Notes: generated by a model from the letters alone, not told the origin. Shown: positions 1 through 10,282, counted from the stretch's first letter. The stretch is DNA of 64,000 bases from an uncultured bacterium (GCA_963977015.1 CAXBMO010000008.1:1-64000), one strand, 5' to 3'. Numbers and translations: made by a program.

Positions 1-204
<204 letters not shown>

Positions 205-286
205 TGATATCTGTTCTCAGATTTTGCTCGACTAAAGCAATTAAGAAAAGTAAACCATTCCAAGAAGTCACTACTTATAGACCATC

Positions 287-433
287 ATGAAGATCACCAA
301 AATCATCACAATTGCTCTCTTCCTCAGTGCCGCTGCGTTTCTCTCCAGCTGCGAAGAGGGAGGAGATGGCGAAACCTCTTCCGTTCCTCAACAAACTTCT
401 GCTCCCGGCTTGGTAGCAATGGCTAAGAGCTAG
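287..433 (+). CDS. small lipoprotein, 48 aa (MKITKIITIALFLSAAAFLSSCEEGG...)
   Basis: Translated by hand. Basic N-terminus, hydrophobic core and LSSC lipobox, followed by a terminator. Below the ORF-track length cutoff. Confidence 0.7.
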   Translation: MKITKIITIALFLSAAAFLSSCEEGGDGETSSVPQQTSAPGLVAMAKS

Positions 434-464
434 AGGCTACTCGATTGAGTAGCTTCATCCTGAA

Positions 465-502
465 GACGACCGCGTCACGTTTCCCGTGATGCGGTCGTTT
501 TT
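465..502 (+). terminator. intrinsic terminator
   Basis: Stem gacgaccgcgtcacg / cgtgatgcggtcgtt followed by a T-run. Confidence 0.7.
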
Positions 503-645
503 GCGTACCGATGGGGTGACCAGGCGATTTCGCGTACCCAAGTGGAGAAAACTTGGAAGGTCTTGGGAATTGTGGTAAATCAACTAAAGTTGTCTTGACG
601 GTATAATTAAGTTCTGCGAACAATTAACGCGCACAAATTCTCCAA

Positions 646-813
646 GTGAACAGCCAACGCCCAACATCAGCCGAAGAAGGCGCCTTTACCCTTCTCGAAG
701 TCATTGTCGCTCTGACCGCCATCGGAGTTCTCGCCGCGATCGCGGTAACGCATCGCGACGTCGAACTCCCTTCATCCCCTCCGGAAGAAACGGAGTGGTA
801 TGCTGATATTTAG
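646..813 (+). CDS. very short prepilin-type (type IV pilin N-methylation motif) protein, 55 aa
   Basis: GTG start; translates to MNSQRPTSAEEGA|FTLLEVIVALTAIGVLAAIAV..., the class III signal (G/A)-FTLxE followed by a hydrophobic helix. Confidence 0.7.
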   Translation: MNSQRPTSAEEGAFTLLEVIVALTAIGVLAAIAVTHRDVELPSSPPEETEWYADI

Positions 814-836
814 AGCGCCGTCTCGCTGAACCCGGT

Positions 837-2255
837 TTACTGAGTCAGCTTATCCTTCAGGAAATCGACGATCCGCTTCGTTTCCTGGCTCGTTTCGACG
901 TCTTCGTTGACCTTTTTACAGGCGTGGATCACGGTTCCATGATCACGACCTCCAAAGGCCTGCCCAATTTCCTTGAGAGAGGCGTGGGTCAACTCCCGCG
1001 AGAGATACATGGCCATCTGGCGAGGTTGCACGATCGTCGCCGTTCGGCTGCGCCCGCTTAAATCAGCCAATCGCACGTCAAAGTAGCTGGCCACTTCCTT
1101 CTGGACGTTGCTGACGGTGACGACACCGCTGGAAGCTTCTTCCATCAGGATATCGCGCAGATAGTCCTCTGCCTGAGCGACACTGACCTTGCCTTTGTAG
1201 AGGGAGACGTAGGAGGAGATCCGGAGGAGCGCACCTTCGAGGCGTCGCACGTTCTTGCCGATCTTTGCCGCGATAAACTCAAGGACCGGGGAATCGAGAT
1301 CGATGTTCCACTCGTGAGCCTTTTGGCGAAGAATCGCGATGCGGGTCTCGACATTTGGTGTAAGAATCTCTGCAGAGATGCCCCACTGGAAGCGAGAAAC
1401 GAGGCGTTTCTCCAGGCGTGGAATGTCGCCCGGAGGACGGTCGCTGGTCAAGACCAGCTGACTGTGGCTGTTGATCAAGGTATTGAAAGTATGAAAGAAC
1501 TCTTCCTGAGTGGCGTCCTTTCCAGCCACAAAATGAATGTCGTCGATCAGCAACACATCGACGGAGCGATACTTGGCTCGAAAATCGGCCAGCTTGTTCG
1601 CCTGCACCGCGTCGATGAAGTCATTGGTAAACTGTTCGGCGGTGACAAAGAGCACCTTCTTCTTGGGATGCTTTTCGAGAACCTGATGGCCGATGGCTGA
1701 CATGAGGTGGGTTTTGCCCAATCCTGTTCCGCCATAAAAGAGCACCGGATTGTACTGAGATCCCGGGGCCTGAGAGACGGCGCTGGCCGTTGCGTGGCAA
1801 TACTGGCTGTTGTCCCCAACCACAAACGACTTGAAGGTGAACTTCGGGTTCAAATTCGCGGCTTTGACCTTGCCGCTGGGAACTGGTTCCACACTTTGTC
1901 GAAATCGTGCTAAATCGTCTTCCGTGACGAGCGCATTGGGTTCCGCGGCTTCGTCATCGGCGAGTGGAGTTTCGTCTGCGTCAAGGTGGTGGGGTAATTC
2001 GCTCATATCTGATGCGGTGAGTTGAACCTTAATGGATGATCCTAGGTTCTTGGCAACGACTTCTTCAAGATCATTTCGGTAATAAGTTTCTAACCAGGTG
2101 ACGTGTAACGGAGTCGGAAATCGGACGCTCATTTGCTCGTCTGACAATCCTTCAATGACTCCATCGCAGAACCATCTGTCGACGATATCTTTACCAACGC
2201 GCTTGCCAAGTTGCTTGCTGATTTCCGACCATAGTTGGGGGGAAACGTCCGTCAT
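837..2255 (-). CDS. dnaA: chromosomal replication initiator protein DnaA
   Basis: LNPKFTF, Walker A GGTGLGKTHL, LLIDDI, QEEFFHTFN, RLVSRF and the domain IV GGRDHGTVIHA signature. Confidence 0.97.
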   Translation of the reverse strand: MTDVSPQLWSEISKQLGKRVGKDIVDRWFCDGVIEGLSDEQMSVRFPTPLHVTWLETYYRNDLEEVVAKNLGSSIKVQLTASDMSELPHHLDADETPLADDEAAEPNALVTEDDLARFRQSVEPVPSGKVKAANLNPKFTFKSFVVGDNSQYCHATASAVSQAPGSQYNPVLFYGGTGLGKTHLMSAIGHQVLEKHPKKKVLFVTAEQFTNDFIDAVQANKLADFRAKYRSVDVLLIDDIHFVAGKDATQEEFFHTFNTLINSHSQLVLTSDRPPGDIPRLEKRLVSRFQWGISAEILTPNVETRIAILRQKAHEWNIDLDSPVLEFIAAKIGKNVRRLEGALLRISSYVSLYKGKVSVAQAEDYLRDILMEEASSGVVTVSNVQKEVASYFDVRLADLSGRSRTATIVQPRQMAMYLSRELTHASLKEIGQAFGGRDHGTVIHACKKVNEDVETSQETKRIVDFLKDKLTQ

Positions 2256-2770
2256 GAGTGAGTTTCGAGTAGTTCTAGGGTTACTGGGTTTGTGTTTGGT
2301 AACATGCTCGCCAAGAACGACTTAGGGATGTCATGGCAATCCGTCGCAGACAAAGCTCCGCCCGAAACTGGTATGAATTTCGGCCCAACCTACCTTAGGA
2401 AGTTGAAGTGCGCTGGCGATGGATCGCCGATCCGTTGGTCGCGAATCAGGCGAGTGTTTGGTGTTAACTGGTGAGGGGAATTATAGAGGCCGGGAGTTGG
2501 TGAAAGACAACCGTTTTTTAAACTTTTGTGAGGATTTCTTCACTCCGTCGGGGCGGGTGCCCGATGATCCTAACAAGTTCACAAAAATTTGTCAGATTTC
2601 CCTGAAGTTGGCACAAAACTTCTTACAAAAATCATCGGGAAATGTCTTAGCGCCGGGACGGAAAAGCGCACCCTTCCAATTAAGGGGCTTATGTCGCATT
2701 TGTCCTATAAAGGCGAGAAAGGCGGGGTGCATTGTGCCGACTTCGTCACAGATCGACGAATCAGCGCCGC

Positions 2771-4519
2771 TTACTTCACGTTCAGCTTCCCGAAGAGCCA
2801 TGCGCACCCAAAGGTGATCGCGGCATTGACTGGGAAGAACCATGGAAAGGGAACGCTGGTGATCGGCCTTCCTTCGATTCCCATGAGCTTGAGAATGTTA
2901 AACAAATCAGGAAGCATCAAAGATGCGAGAAGCACTGAAATCGCCGTTCCAACCAGAATTCCTATGGTGCTCGCGCGGACCGGTAAAATCGCGCAAAGCA
3001 GAATCCCCAACATCGGGCCGTAGGTGTAGGAAACCATGCGGAAGGCAAAGCCGAGCAGGTTCTTCTCGCCCATTTGGTAGAGGACGTTGAGAAGAATGGC
3101 GAAGAGCGAGAGTCCGATACCCCAGCCAATCACCATCATCCGCGACTTCCAGACCATGTCCTTGCTGCCTTGGGCGTGCTCAAACTTCTCCCGGCCATAG
3201 ATCATCGACAGGGTGGTTTGGGAGAGCGCGGCCAGGATCGAGTCGAGGCTGGAAATCGCCGCGGCAAAGGCGCCGGCAATCAGCAACCCGGAAAGGCCGA
3301 CCGGTAGGACGGTGGTGATCCAGACGGGGAAGACGTTGTTCTTGTCCTGCACGAAAAGCCCAAACTCGGCTTCCGTGAGCGGCCTTGCCTGATACCAGGC
3401 GTAAAGCCCGGCGCTGACGAGCAGCATCAACACGGTGATCAACTGGGAAACGCTGCTCCAGATGATCGATTTCCGAGCTTCCGAGGCGTTGGCGCAGCAG
3501 AACATGCGCTGGGCCATCAGCTGATCGGTTCCAAACGCGGCGAAGTTCTGAAACGGCATCGCAAACAGCGCAATCCAGAAGGTGAAGATGAGGAACCCCT
3601 TTGTTTCGGGATCCTTGGCGCGGAACTCCCACAACTTCAGTTTGTTGCGTTTCGTAACGGTGGCGGGAATCGTCTTGTCGCCGATTTTGATGGTGGGTGA
3701 CTCGCCAAACAAGACCACTCCGGTCAGGGTCGGGATTCCATCGGTGGTGCGCTCCACCGCGACCAGCGAAGACGCTTCGCCATTTTCGTTTTCCACTCGG
3801 TAAACCGTTTCCTTCAGCGTTTGCTCATTCCAAACGAACTCAATCACGTCAGCTTGATGGTTGCTCTCGGAAATGGTGTTCCAGCCTCCTCCGATCCCGC
3901 TGATCAGCCAAATCAGGGCAAGGATTCCACCGCCCAGGAAGAGGAAAAACTGCACCACATCAGTCCAGATCACGGTTCGCATTCCGCCCATCAGGGTCCA
4001 TCCAATGGCGAAAATTCCGATGATGACGATGCAGCCTTCAATCGGCATTCCAGTCACGACCTTGAGGATGATGGCGGTGACGAGCACGCGAACGCTCTGT
4101 CCCAGAATCGCGCCGACCGAAAACAGAATGGTAACCAGCTTCTTGATCGATTCGCCGAGCCGGTTCCCCATAAAGTCATAGGGACTGTAAATTTCCTTCT
4201 CGTAATAAAGAGGAACGAGCCAGTATCCCACCGCGAATCGGGCGATGATGGACCCGAGTCCCCATTGCAGATAGGTGAAGTCGCCATTGACGGCAAACAC
4301 GGTGCCCGGCACGCCGATAAACGTCAGCGCGCTGATCTCCGTCGCGATAATCGATCCGGTAACCGCTTGCCAGGGAAGGCTGCGCCCGCCGAGAAAGAAG
4401 TCGCGAATCGTGCCTTGTTTCCCGCGAAGCGCGTGCCCGACCCAGGTGGTGAAGGCGAGATACAGAAAGACGACCATCCAGTCGATCGTCGTGAAAAATT
4501 CGTGAACGGATTGGTCCAT
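2771..4519 (-). CDS. sodium:solute symporter (SSS) family transporter
   Basis: DFFLGGRSLPW, ATEISALTFIGVP, GGMRTVIWTDVVQ, GTDQLMAQR and AAAISSLDS motifs; many TM helices. Confidence 0.9.
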   Translation of the reverse strand: MDQSVHEFFTTIDWMVVFLYLAFTTWVGHALRGKQGTIRDFFLGGRSLPWQAVTGSIIATEISALTFIGVPGTVFAVNGDFTYLQWGLGSIIARFAVGYWLVPLYYEKEIYSPYDFMGNRLGESIKKLVTILFSVGAILGQSVRVLVTAIILKVVTGMPIEGCIVIIGIFAIGWTLMGGMRTVIWTDVVQFFLFLGGGILALIWLISGIGGGWNTISESNHQADVIEFVWNEQTLKETVYRVENENGEASSLVAVERTTDGIPTLTGVVLFGESPTIKIGDKTIPATVTKRNKLKLWEFRAKDPETKGFLIFTFWIALFAMPFQNFAAFGTDQLMAQRMFCCANASEARKSIIWSSVSQLITVLMLLVSAGLYAWYQARPLTEAEFGLFVQDKNNVFPVWITTVLPVGLSGLLIAGAFAAAISSLDSILAALSQTTLSMIYGREKFEHAQGSKDMVWKSRMMVIGWGIGLSLFAILLNVLYQMGEKNLLGFAFRMVSYTYGPMLGILLCAILPVRASTIGILVGTAISVLLASLMLPDLFNILKLMGIEGRPITSVPFPWFFPVNAAITFGCAWLFGKLNVK

Positions 4520-4701
4520 GATGTCGGGGGCGGGGCGTGGTGTGGGGATTCGGGCAGAGTCGGGATTGCGGAATGGGTCAAACGCGTTTCATCCTGGCAG
4601 ATGGCGTTCGCCGCAGAGTGAGCGATCCTAACATCTGACCCCGGATTGTCGAGCGGAGGCTTCCCGTTGCGCGGCGACCAATTTCACGCCACGTTTTGGA
4701 C

Positions 4702-4953
4702 ATGCCTACCACAGACGAATTTCAGGAACTTGCCGATCTTCTCGAACGCCGTCTCCAGGTCATTGGCGACCACGAACTTCGTGATCGCGATCCCGATGCT
4801 CAGTTTGAGCAGCTCAAATCGGTTTCTGAGGCGATCATGGCGAAGCACGTCGAGCTGAAACCGCAAATTGACGCGCGGTTGAACCATTTCCTGGAGAATT
4901 GCAGCTACGACAAGGCGCTGGATTGGGTGCGTGGCCTGATGGCGAAAGCCTGA
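4702..4953 (+). CDS. hypothetical protein (83 aa, helical)
   Basis: Compact ORF filling the gap between convergent and divergent genes; natural amino-acid composition. Confidence 0.7.
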   Translation: MPTTDEFQELADLLERRLQVIGDHELRDRDPDAQFEQLKSVSEAIMAKHVELKPQIDARLNHFLENCSYDKALDWVRGLMAKA

Positions 4954-4954
4954 T

Positions 4955-6190
4955 TCAGTCGCCAAACATCGCTTCGCTGCTGACCATGGCGCCGCGCTCG
5001 TCGGTTACGCTGAGCAACCACGTCGTTGCCGCTTCGGGCAGGCTGCCTGCGGTGATGGTGCCGTTTTTGATGTCGGCTTCCACACTCTGCCAGGTTCGTT
5101 TGGAGCGACGGCCGGTATCCGTCGTGTAATGAAGCTGGGCCGTCTCGATGGCGGTTGAACTCTTGACCGCAGCGGAGACGATCCCGTTTTTGAGCGTTGG
5201 CGTCCCGATCTCCGGAAGCGGTGTCCCGTTCCGGCAGTGGGAATCAATGAACATGCCAATCTCCTTGGGCTTCCATCCGGCGGGATGACTGTGCCCCATC
5301 TTCACTTCGATCCGCTGGCTGCGCGGTCCCGAAACGAGCGAATACGATTTGGCGTAGCTGTCCAGGGGGTAGTGGACGTCGTGGGTTCCGTTCACGAAAA
5401 AAATCGGAATGCGGCAGTTCGGCAAATGGCTCGAAGGATCATAAAGCCGAATCCAGGTTCCGCGCTTGGCCGGTCCGAGTGCGTCGATCGAGTGCCGCTG
5501 CACCGATTCGCCCTGATAGAGGAATCCGCAGCCGTAGACCGGAACTGCGGCTTTGAAGCGATGGTCGACCGAAGCCACAATGCAGGTCGTGTAGCCGCCC
5601 CAACTGATTCCGGTTACGGCGGTGCGATCGGGGTCGACTTCCTTGAACCCGCGAATCAGCGAGTGGGCTCGAATCACGTTCGAAATCGCATGGTAAGGCC
5701 AATCGTCTTCGATCGTTCCACCCGCAGTTTGGAATTTCTCCGCGTGCGACTGGTGGGGGCCGCCGTTTTCGAGGCGGACCCGGCCGGAACGCCCATCGTG
5801 GGAGGCAAACGCGCCGGTTTCGGGATCGAACTCGGGTGCCGGAGGGCGGCTTCCCCCCAAATCCATCGCGATTGCCGCATATCCGCGCTTCGCCCAGAGG
5901 TTCACCCATTCCGCGAACGCGGTTCCGCCGCCACCATGCACCAACACCACGGCGGGAAAGGGACCATCCTGATCTTCACCGAGCGTTTTAGGCGACCCAT
6001 AAAATGCGAACACTTCGGTCTCCTTTCCCTGATACGGCAGCCCTTCGTAAAACAGCGAGCGAATCTGGCTCTGATCATCGTCCCACCGGAAGCCGGGCGC
6101 GTTGCTCAGTTCGTCCAGATTCCAGGGTTCCGCCCCGAGATTGGCGGAAATCAGCGCCGAAAGGATGAGAAAAGTGCTTGGAAATCGCAT
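4955..6190 (-). CDS. secreted alpha/beta hydrolase (acetylxylan esterase / dienelactone hydrolase-like)
   Basis: Signal peptide; VVLVHGGGG, nucleophile elbow GISWGG, NGTHD and a C-terminal His (GHSH). Confidence 0.85.
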   Translation of the reverse strand: MRFPSTFLILSALISANLGAEPWNLDELSNAPGFRWDDDQSQIRSLFYEGLPYQGKETEVFAFYGSPKTLGEDQDGPFPAVVLVHGGGGTAFAEWVNLWAKRGYAAIAMDLGGSRPPAPEFDPETGAFASHDGRSGRVRLENGGPHQSHAEKFQTAGGTIEDDWPYHAISNVIRAHSLIRGFKEVDPDRTAVTGISWGGYTTCIVASVDHRFKAAVPVYGCGFLYQGESVQRHSIDALGPAKRGTWIRLYDPSSHLPNCRIPIFFVNGTHDVHYPLDSYAKSYSLVSGPRSQRIEVKMGHSHPAGWKPKEIGMFIDSHCRNGTPLPEIGTPTLKNGIVSAAVKSSTAIETAQLHYTTDTGRRSKRTWQSVEADIKNGTITAGSLPEAATTWLLSVTDERGAMVSSEAMFGD

Positions 6191-6230
6191 GGGCGAACTT
6201 CTCCGCAGCCGACCTTTTTCGTCAAGCAAC

Positions 6231-6689
6231 CTATTCCTTCACCTCAACCATCACTTCCTCGTCCAGAATCGACAGCCAAAGGGGCTGATCCCGATGCCGC
6301 GTATCGAGCCAGTAACGGAGATCGACGACCTGCTCGGTTTCCGGCGCGATGACCGGTGGCGGAGAAAACGGGAGGAAAAAATCGGGAACCTCCAAACCGG
6401 ATTCGGTCTTCAACTTTGCGCGGGGCGTTTCGAGACTCACTTCCTGACTGGAAGGATTGCGATACCGAACCTGGAGTTCGAGCAGCCAATGCTCGGCGTC
6501 GTCTTGAATCAGCTTGGCCGCCTCGATCTTGAACGGTGCTTCCGGCTCGGCTTCAATCGGGGCGAGCACTGCGACTTCGCCCTCGTCGATCTGCTTCTTG
6601 GCTTCCTGATGGGTAAACAGCACGAAACCGATCCCAGCGGTCACAAAAACCAGCAGCATCCAGACTTCGAAGCGTTTTAGGATCGACAT
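6231..6689 (-). CDS. hypothetical membrane-anchored protein
   Basis: ATG at 6689 (MSILKRFEVWMLLVFVTAGIG). N-terminal TM followed by a beta-rich domain. The upstream part of the track ORF is an antisense shadow. Confidence 0.7.
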   Translation of the reverse strand: MSILKRFEVWMLLVFVTAGIGFVLFTHQEAKKQIDEGEVAVLAPIEAEPEAPFKIEAAKLIQDDAEHWLLELQVRYRNPSSQEVSLETPRAKLKTESGLEVPDFFLPFSPPPVIAPETEQVVDLRYWLDTRHRDQPLWLSILDEEVMVEVKE

Positions 6690-6749
6690 TGTGTTCGGTT
6701 CGACGAAGAAACTCCAGTTTCCTTTCCTTTTCAACTTCTCCTCCGATCC

Positions 6750-7499
6750 ATGCCGTCCGGCGAAACCCAGGCTCATCGCACCCTCAAGCACGCCGCGCTG
6801 TTTTGGGCCCAGTGCCAGGGATATTCGATCGCCGGTTTGGAAACCCGGGTGCCGAATTCCCGGTTTCGCGCGGATGTTGCCGCGTATCGGCCGGAGCGGG
6901 GCCGGAATCCTGGGATCGGCGTCACCGCCGTGTTCGAGTGCAAACAGTCGCGGCCCGATTTTCTGAAGGATCGCCACGGTCTCGACGAAAACCTCGCGCA
7001 ACTCCGCACGTTGAATGCGCGTCGCACCAAATTGGAGCACCAACTCGGCGTCCACTTTCCGTCGTTGCGCCAGGGAGATGCGCTGTTTCAGGACTTCGAG
7101 TCCGTGAATCTCGAAAACCTCGAGCATCAGGGTTACCGCCAATTGATGCGCGAAATCAGCGAGGTCGAGAGCCGGATCTACGGAAAAACCAAGTTTGACC
7201 GCATGATTCGCTGGAAGTGCGCGAATCTGTTTTACCTCGTCGCGCCGCGCGAGCTGTTGAAGCCGGAAGAGTTGCCGTCTGATTGGGGAATCCTCGCTCC
7301 GGCGGAAGGTCACGACCTGAGCGATGGGGACGTTCCCGCACCAGAGTTGGAACTCATCCGCAAACCCAGATTTCAGGATTTGCCGGAGTCAAGCCGCCTC
7401 GAACTGCTCCAGCGAATTGCCGCTTCCGCGACACGCCATTTTAACAAAGAAGCCGGAATTGATGGAGAGACGCTTTTCGAAGCGAAGCGAAGAGGGTAA
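6750..7499 (+). CDS. PD-(D/E)xK nuclease-like protein, MmcB-related
   Basis: RADVAAY...FECKQSRPDF and a later ANLFYLVAP...WGIL pattern resembling the MmcB/DUF1052 family. Confidence 0.6.
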   Translation: MPSGETQAHRTLKHAALFWAQCQGYSIAGLETRVPNSRFRADVAAYRPERGRNPGIGVTAVFECKQSRPDFLKDRHGLDENLAQLRTLNARRTKLEHQLGVHFPSLRQGDALFQDFESVNLENLEHQGYRQLMREISEVESRIYGKTKFDRMIRWKCANLFYLVAPRELLKPEELPSDWGILAPAEGHDLSDGDVPAPELELIRKPRFQDLPESSRLELLQRIAASATRHFNKEAGIDGETLFEAKRRG

Positions 7500-7579
7500 A
7501 CTGCGCCCGATCTTGCATCAAACACAGGATCGGATTGAAAAATCGGCATCCTGAAAGATGAGTGCCCCAACCTGAAAGC

Positions 7580-10177
7580 ATGAAAAATTCATCCTCGTTC
7601 GCGGATCTATCCATCAAACACAAGCAGACTGCGGTCATCATGGGCACAACGGCCCTCGCGCTGCTGTTGGCTTGTGCGGGATTTTTCGTCTTCGACTACG
7701 TCTCGATCCGCAAGGCGCTGAATGAAGAATTGGCGACTCTCTCCGGGGTCATCGCCTACAACAGCCGCGCTGCGGTCGAATTTGAGGATCCTGCCGGTGC
7801 GGAGGAAAACCTTGCGGCGTTGAGCGAGCATCAGCAGGTCATTGGCGCGCGCATTTTTGGTCCCGACAACACGACGTTTGCAACCTATGTGCGACCGGGG
7901 ATTTCCACCGAGAATTTTCCGGAAATTGCCGATGGCTCCAGTATCGAGGGGTTCCTGACTCAGTGGCGCGATATTGAGGTGGATGGAAAGCGCATTGGCT
8001 CGGTGTATCTCAAGGCCGACACCAGTCAACTCCGCAAGCGCCAGCAGCAATACGGCGTCATCGCAATCACCGTGCTGTCGATCTCCACGCTCGTCGCGTT
8101 CCTCTTCTCCGCCCAATTGCGACGCCTCATCGTGACGCCGATTACCGATTTGGCGGAGAAGGTCGATAAAATCGCGAGCGGAGACTACAGCTTGCGCGCT
8201 GAAAAACAGGGCAACGATGAATTGGGTCACCTCGTGGATGGGTTCAACGAGATGGTCGCGGAGATCCAGTCGCGAGACAAGGCGCTCGCAGAAATGGCGC
8301 TTTTTCCGGAGCTGAACCCGGCTCCGGTCGTCAAGATGGATGCGAAAGGTTCCATTCTTCTCGCCAACAACGCCGCCTGCGAAGTTTTCGAATCGAGATC
8401 GCTGACCGGCGAATCCTGGTATCGCCTTTGCCCGCCGAAAGATCGCGACGTTCTCGCGGAAGCCCTCGCCGCTGCGGAAAACGGGCACGGAACATCCCAG
8501 CAGGAAATTCAGCTTGGTGGTCGCAGCTTCCTTTTCACCTATCAGGTCGCGCCGGATCGCGAATATGTGAACGTTTATGGCGCGGACGCAACCGACCTTC
8601 GCCGCACCACCACCGAGCTGGAAAAAGCCCGCGATGAGGCGGAAACCGCGAACAAGTTCAAGAACGAATTTCTCGCCAACATGAGCCATGAGTTGCGCAC
8701 GCCGCTCAACGCGATTCTCGGGCTCAGTGAGGCGATGCAGCTTGGCGTTTATGGTGAGATTGAGGAGGGGAAACATAAGGCGCTCCTTCAGATTCAATCG
8801 AGCGGGCACCACTTGCTCGACCTCATCAACGACGTGCTCGATCTTTCCAAGATCGAGGCCAATCGCTTCGAGCTGGAACTCGGCAACGTCTCCGTTACGG
8901 ATCTTTGCGAGGCCAGCCTCGCCTTTGTCGCGGAGGAGGCGCGCCGCAAGCAAATCAACCTCACGACCAAAGTTGACGAAAAGATCGGATCAATCTATGC
9001 CGACGATCGCCGCCTCAAACAGTGCCTCGTCAATCTTCTGCACAACGCGGTCAAGTTCACCCGCGCCGGTGGAATGGTTAGTCTCGAAGTGAAGGCGATG
9101 GAGAACGTGAAAGCGGTTTCGTTCTCGGTTTCCGATACCGGGATCGGAATTCCCCAGGATCGCCTCAATCGCCTGTTCAAGCCCTTCAGTCAGGCGGACT
9201 CCAGCCTCTCACGCGAATTTGGGGGAACCGGACTTGGTCTCTCGCTGGTTTACAGCCTCGTCAATCTTCACAGCGGAAGCGTTAGTGTCGAGACCGAGGA
9301 AGGGAAGGGCAGTCGCTTTACCATCGTCGTTCCATGGCACCGGGTTGCCGGTGCTGACAAACCGAGCCCCAAGCAACTGGCCAGGACCTCGACGCGCGAC
9401 TTTGCGAAGGTTTTCCAGAAAGCTGTTCTCATCGAAGATTCCACCATCACGGCCGATCAGGTGACGCGCTACCTCAGCGACCTCAACGTCGAAACGGTGG
9501 TCCACACCGTCGGTCGTGGCGCCGTCGAAAAAGTTGCCGAGGCCAAACCGGGAATCGTCTTTCTCGATCTGCGTTTGCCGGACGTTTCCGGTTGGGCTGT
9601 GCTCGACCAACTGCGCCAGAATCCGGAAACCTCAGGCATTCCGATCGTCATCATCTCCATGTATGACGATCGTGCTCAGGGGCTTGAACGCGGTGCGGTT
9701 GATTATCTTATCAAGCCGGTTACGCCGGAGCGCTTGGTCGATTCACTCCAGCTTGCCGCCTTGGGTGCTTCCCGCGACAATCTTTCCGTTCCCGCCGCCA
9801 AACAGGATGGGGCTCACGTGGGCAAACGGCTGCTTCTCGTCGAAGACAACGAAGCGAACATTGTTCCCACGACGGACTACCTCGCCTCCCAGGGGTTCGA
9901 AGTTACCGTCGCCCGCAACGGGATCGAAGCCCTTCACAATGCCAAAATTGCCACTCCTGACATCATCCTCATGGATATCCAGATGCCGGAGATGGACGGA
10001 CTCGAGGCGACGCGTCGAATCCGGGGGGATCTCAAACTGCAGACGCCGATTATTGCCCTGACCGCCCTGGCGATGCCGGGCGACAAGGAGCGCTGTCTCG
10101 ACGCCGGAGTGGACGATTACATGTGCAAGCCGGTCAGCTATCGCGGCTTGTCCGAGGCGATCAGCAAACTGATCTAA
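7580..10177 (+). CDS. hybrid sensor histidine kinase (CHASE-like sensor, HAMP, PAS, HisKA, HATPase, two receiver domains)
   Basis: FLANMSHELRTPLNAI H-box, NLLHNAVKFT, DTGIGI, GGTGLGL; receiver motifs FLDLRLP and LMDIQMP. Confidence 0.95.
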   Translation: MKNSSSFADLSIKHKQTAVIMGTTALALLLACAGFFVFDYVSIRKALNEELATLSGVIAYNSRAAVEFEDPAGAEENLAALSEHQQVIGARIFGPDNTTFATYVRPGISTENFPEIADGSSIEGFLTQWRDIEVDGKRIGSVYLKADTSQLRKRQQQYGVIAITVLSISTLVAFLFSAQLRRLIVTPITDLAEKVDKIASGDYSLRAEKQGNDELGHLVDGFNEMVAEIQSRDKALAEMALFPELNPAPVVKMDAKGSILLANNAACEVFESRSLTGESWYRLCPPKDRDVLAEALAAAENGHGTSQQEIQLGGRSFLFTYQVAPDREYVNVYGADATDLRRTTTELEKARDEAETANKFKNEFLANMSHELRTPLNAILGLSEAMQLGVYGEIEEGKHKALLQIQSSGHHLLDLINDVLDLSKIEANRFELELGNVSVTDLCEASLAFVAEEARRKQINLTTKVDEKIGSIYADDRRLKQCLVNLLHNAVKFTRAGGMVSLEVKAMENVKAVSFSVSDTGIGIPQDRLNRLFKPFSQADSSLSREFGGTGLGLSLVYSLVNLHSGSVSVETEEGKGSRFTIVVPWHRVAGADKPSPKQLARTSTRDFAKVFQKAVLIEDSTITADQVTRYLSDLNVETVVHTVGRGAVEKVAEAKPGIVFLDLRLPDVSGWAVLDQLRQNPETSGIPIVIISMYDDRAQGLERGAVDYLIKPVTPERLVDSLQLAALGASRDNLSVPAAKQDGAHVGKRLLLVEDNEANIVPTTDYLASQGFEVTVARNGIEALHNAKIATPDIILMDIQMPEMDGLEATRRIRGDLKLQTPIIALTALAMPGDKERCLDAGVDDYMCKPVSYRGLSEAISKLI

Positions 10178-10192
10178 CCACGCCATCCGGGC

Positions 10193-10226
10193 AAAAAAAG
10201 AGCGCGATGTGATCGCGCTCTTTGTT
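10193..10226. terminator. bidirectional intrinsic terminator
   Basis: aaagagcgcgat-gtg-atcgcgctcttt hairpin flanked by A- and T-runs, between convergent genes. Confidence 0.8.
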
Positions 10227-10282
10227 GTAAGCAGGGAAAGGATGAAGGATGAACCGAATCACCCTCCATCCCTTATCGGGGC

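Noticed and set aside
2256-2770. Firm oriC call upstream of dnaA
   Set aside because: I found no canonical DnaA boxes or clear unwinding element; kept only as a tentative finding.
6690-7313. N-terminal ~200 aa of track ORF 6231-7313
   Set aside because: Antisense to the MmcB-like gene; the plausible start is ATG 6689.
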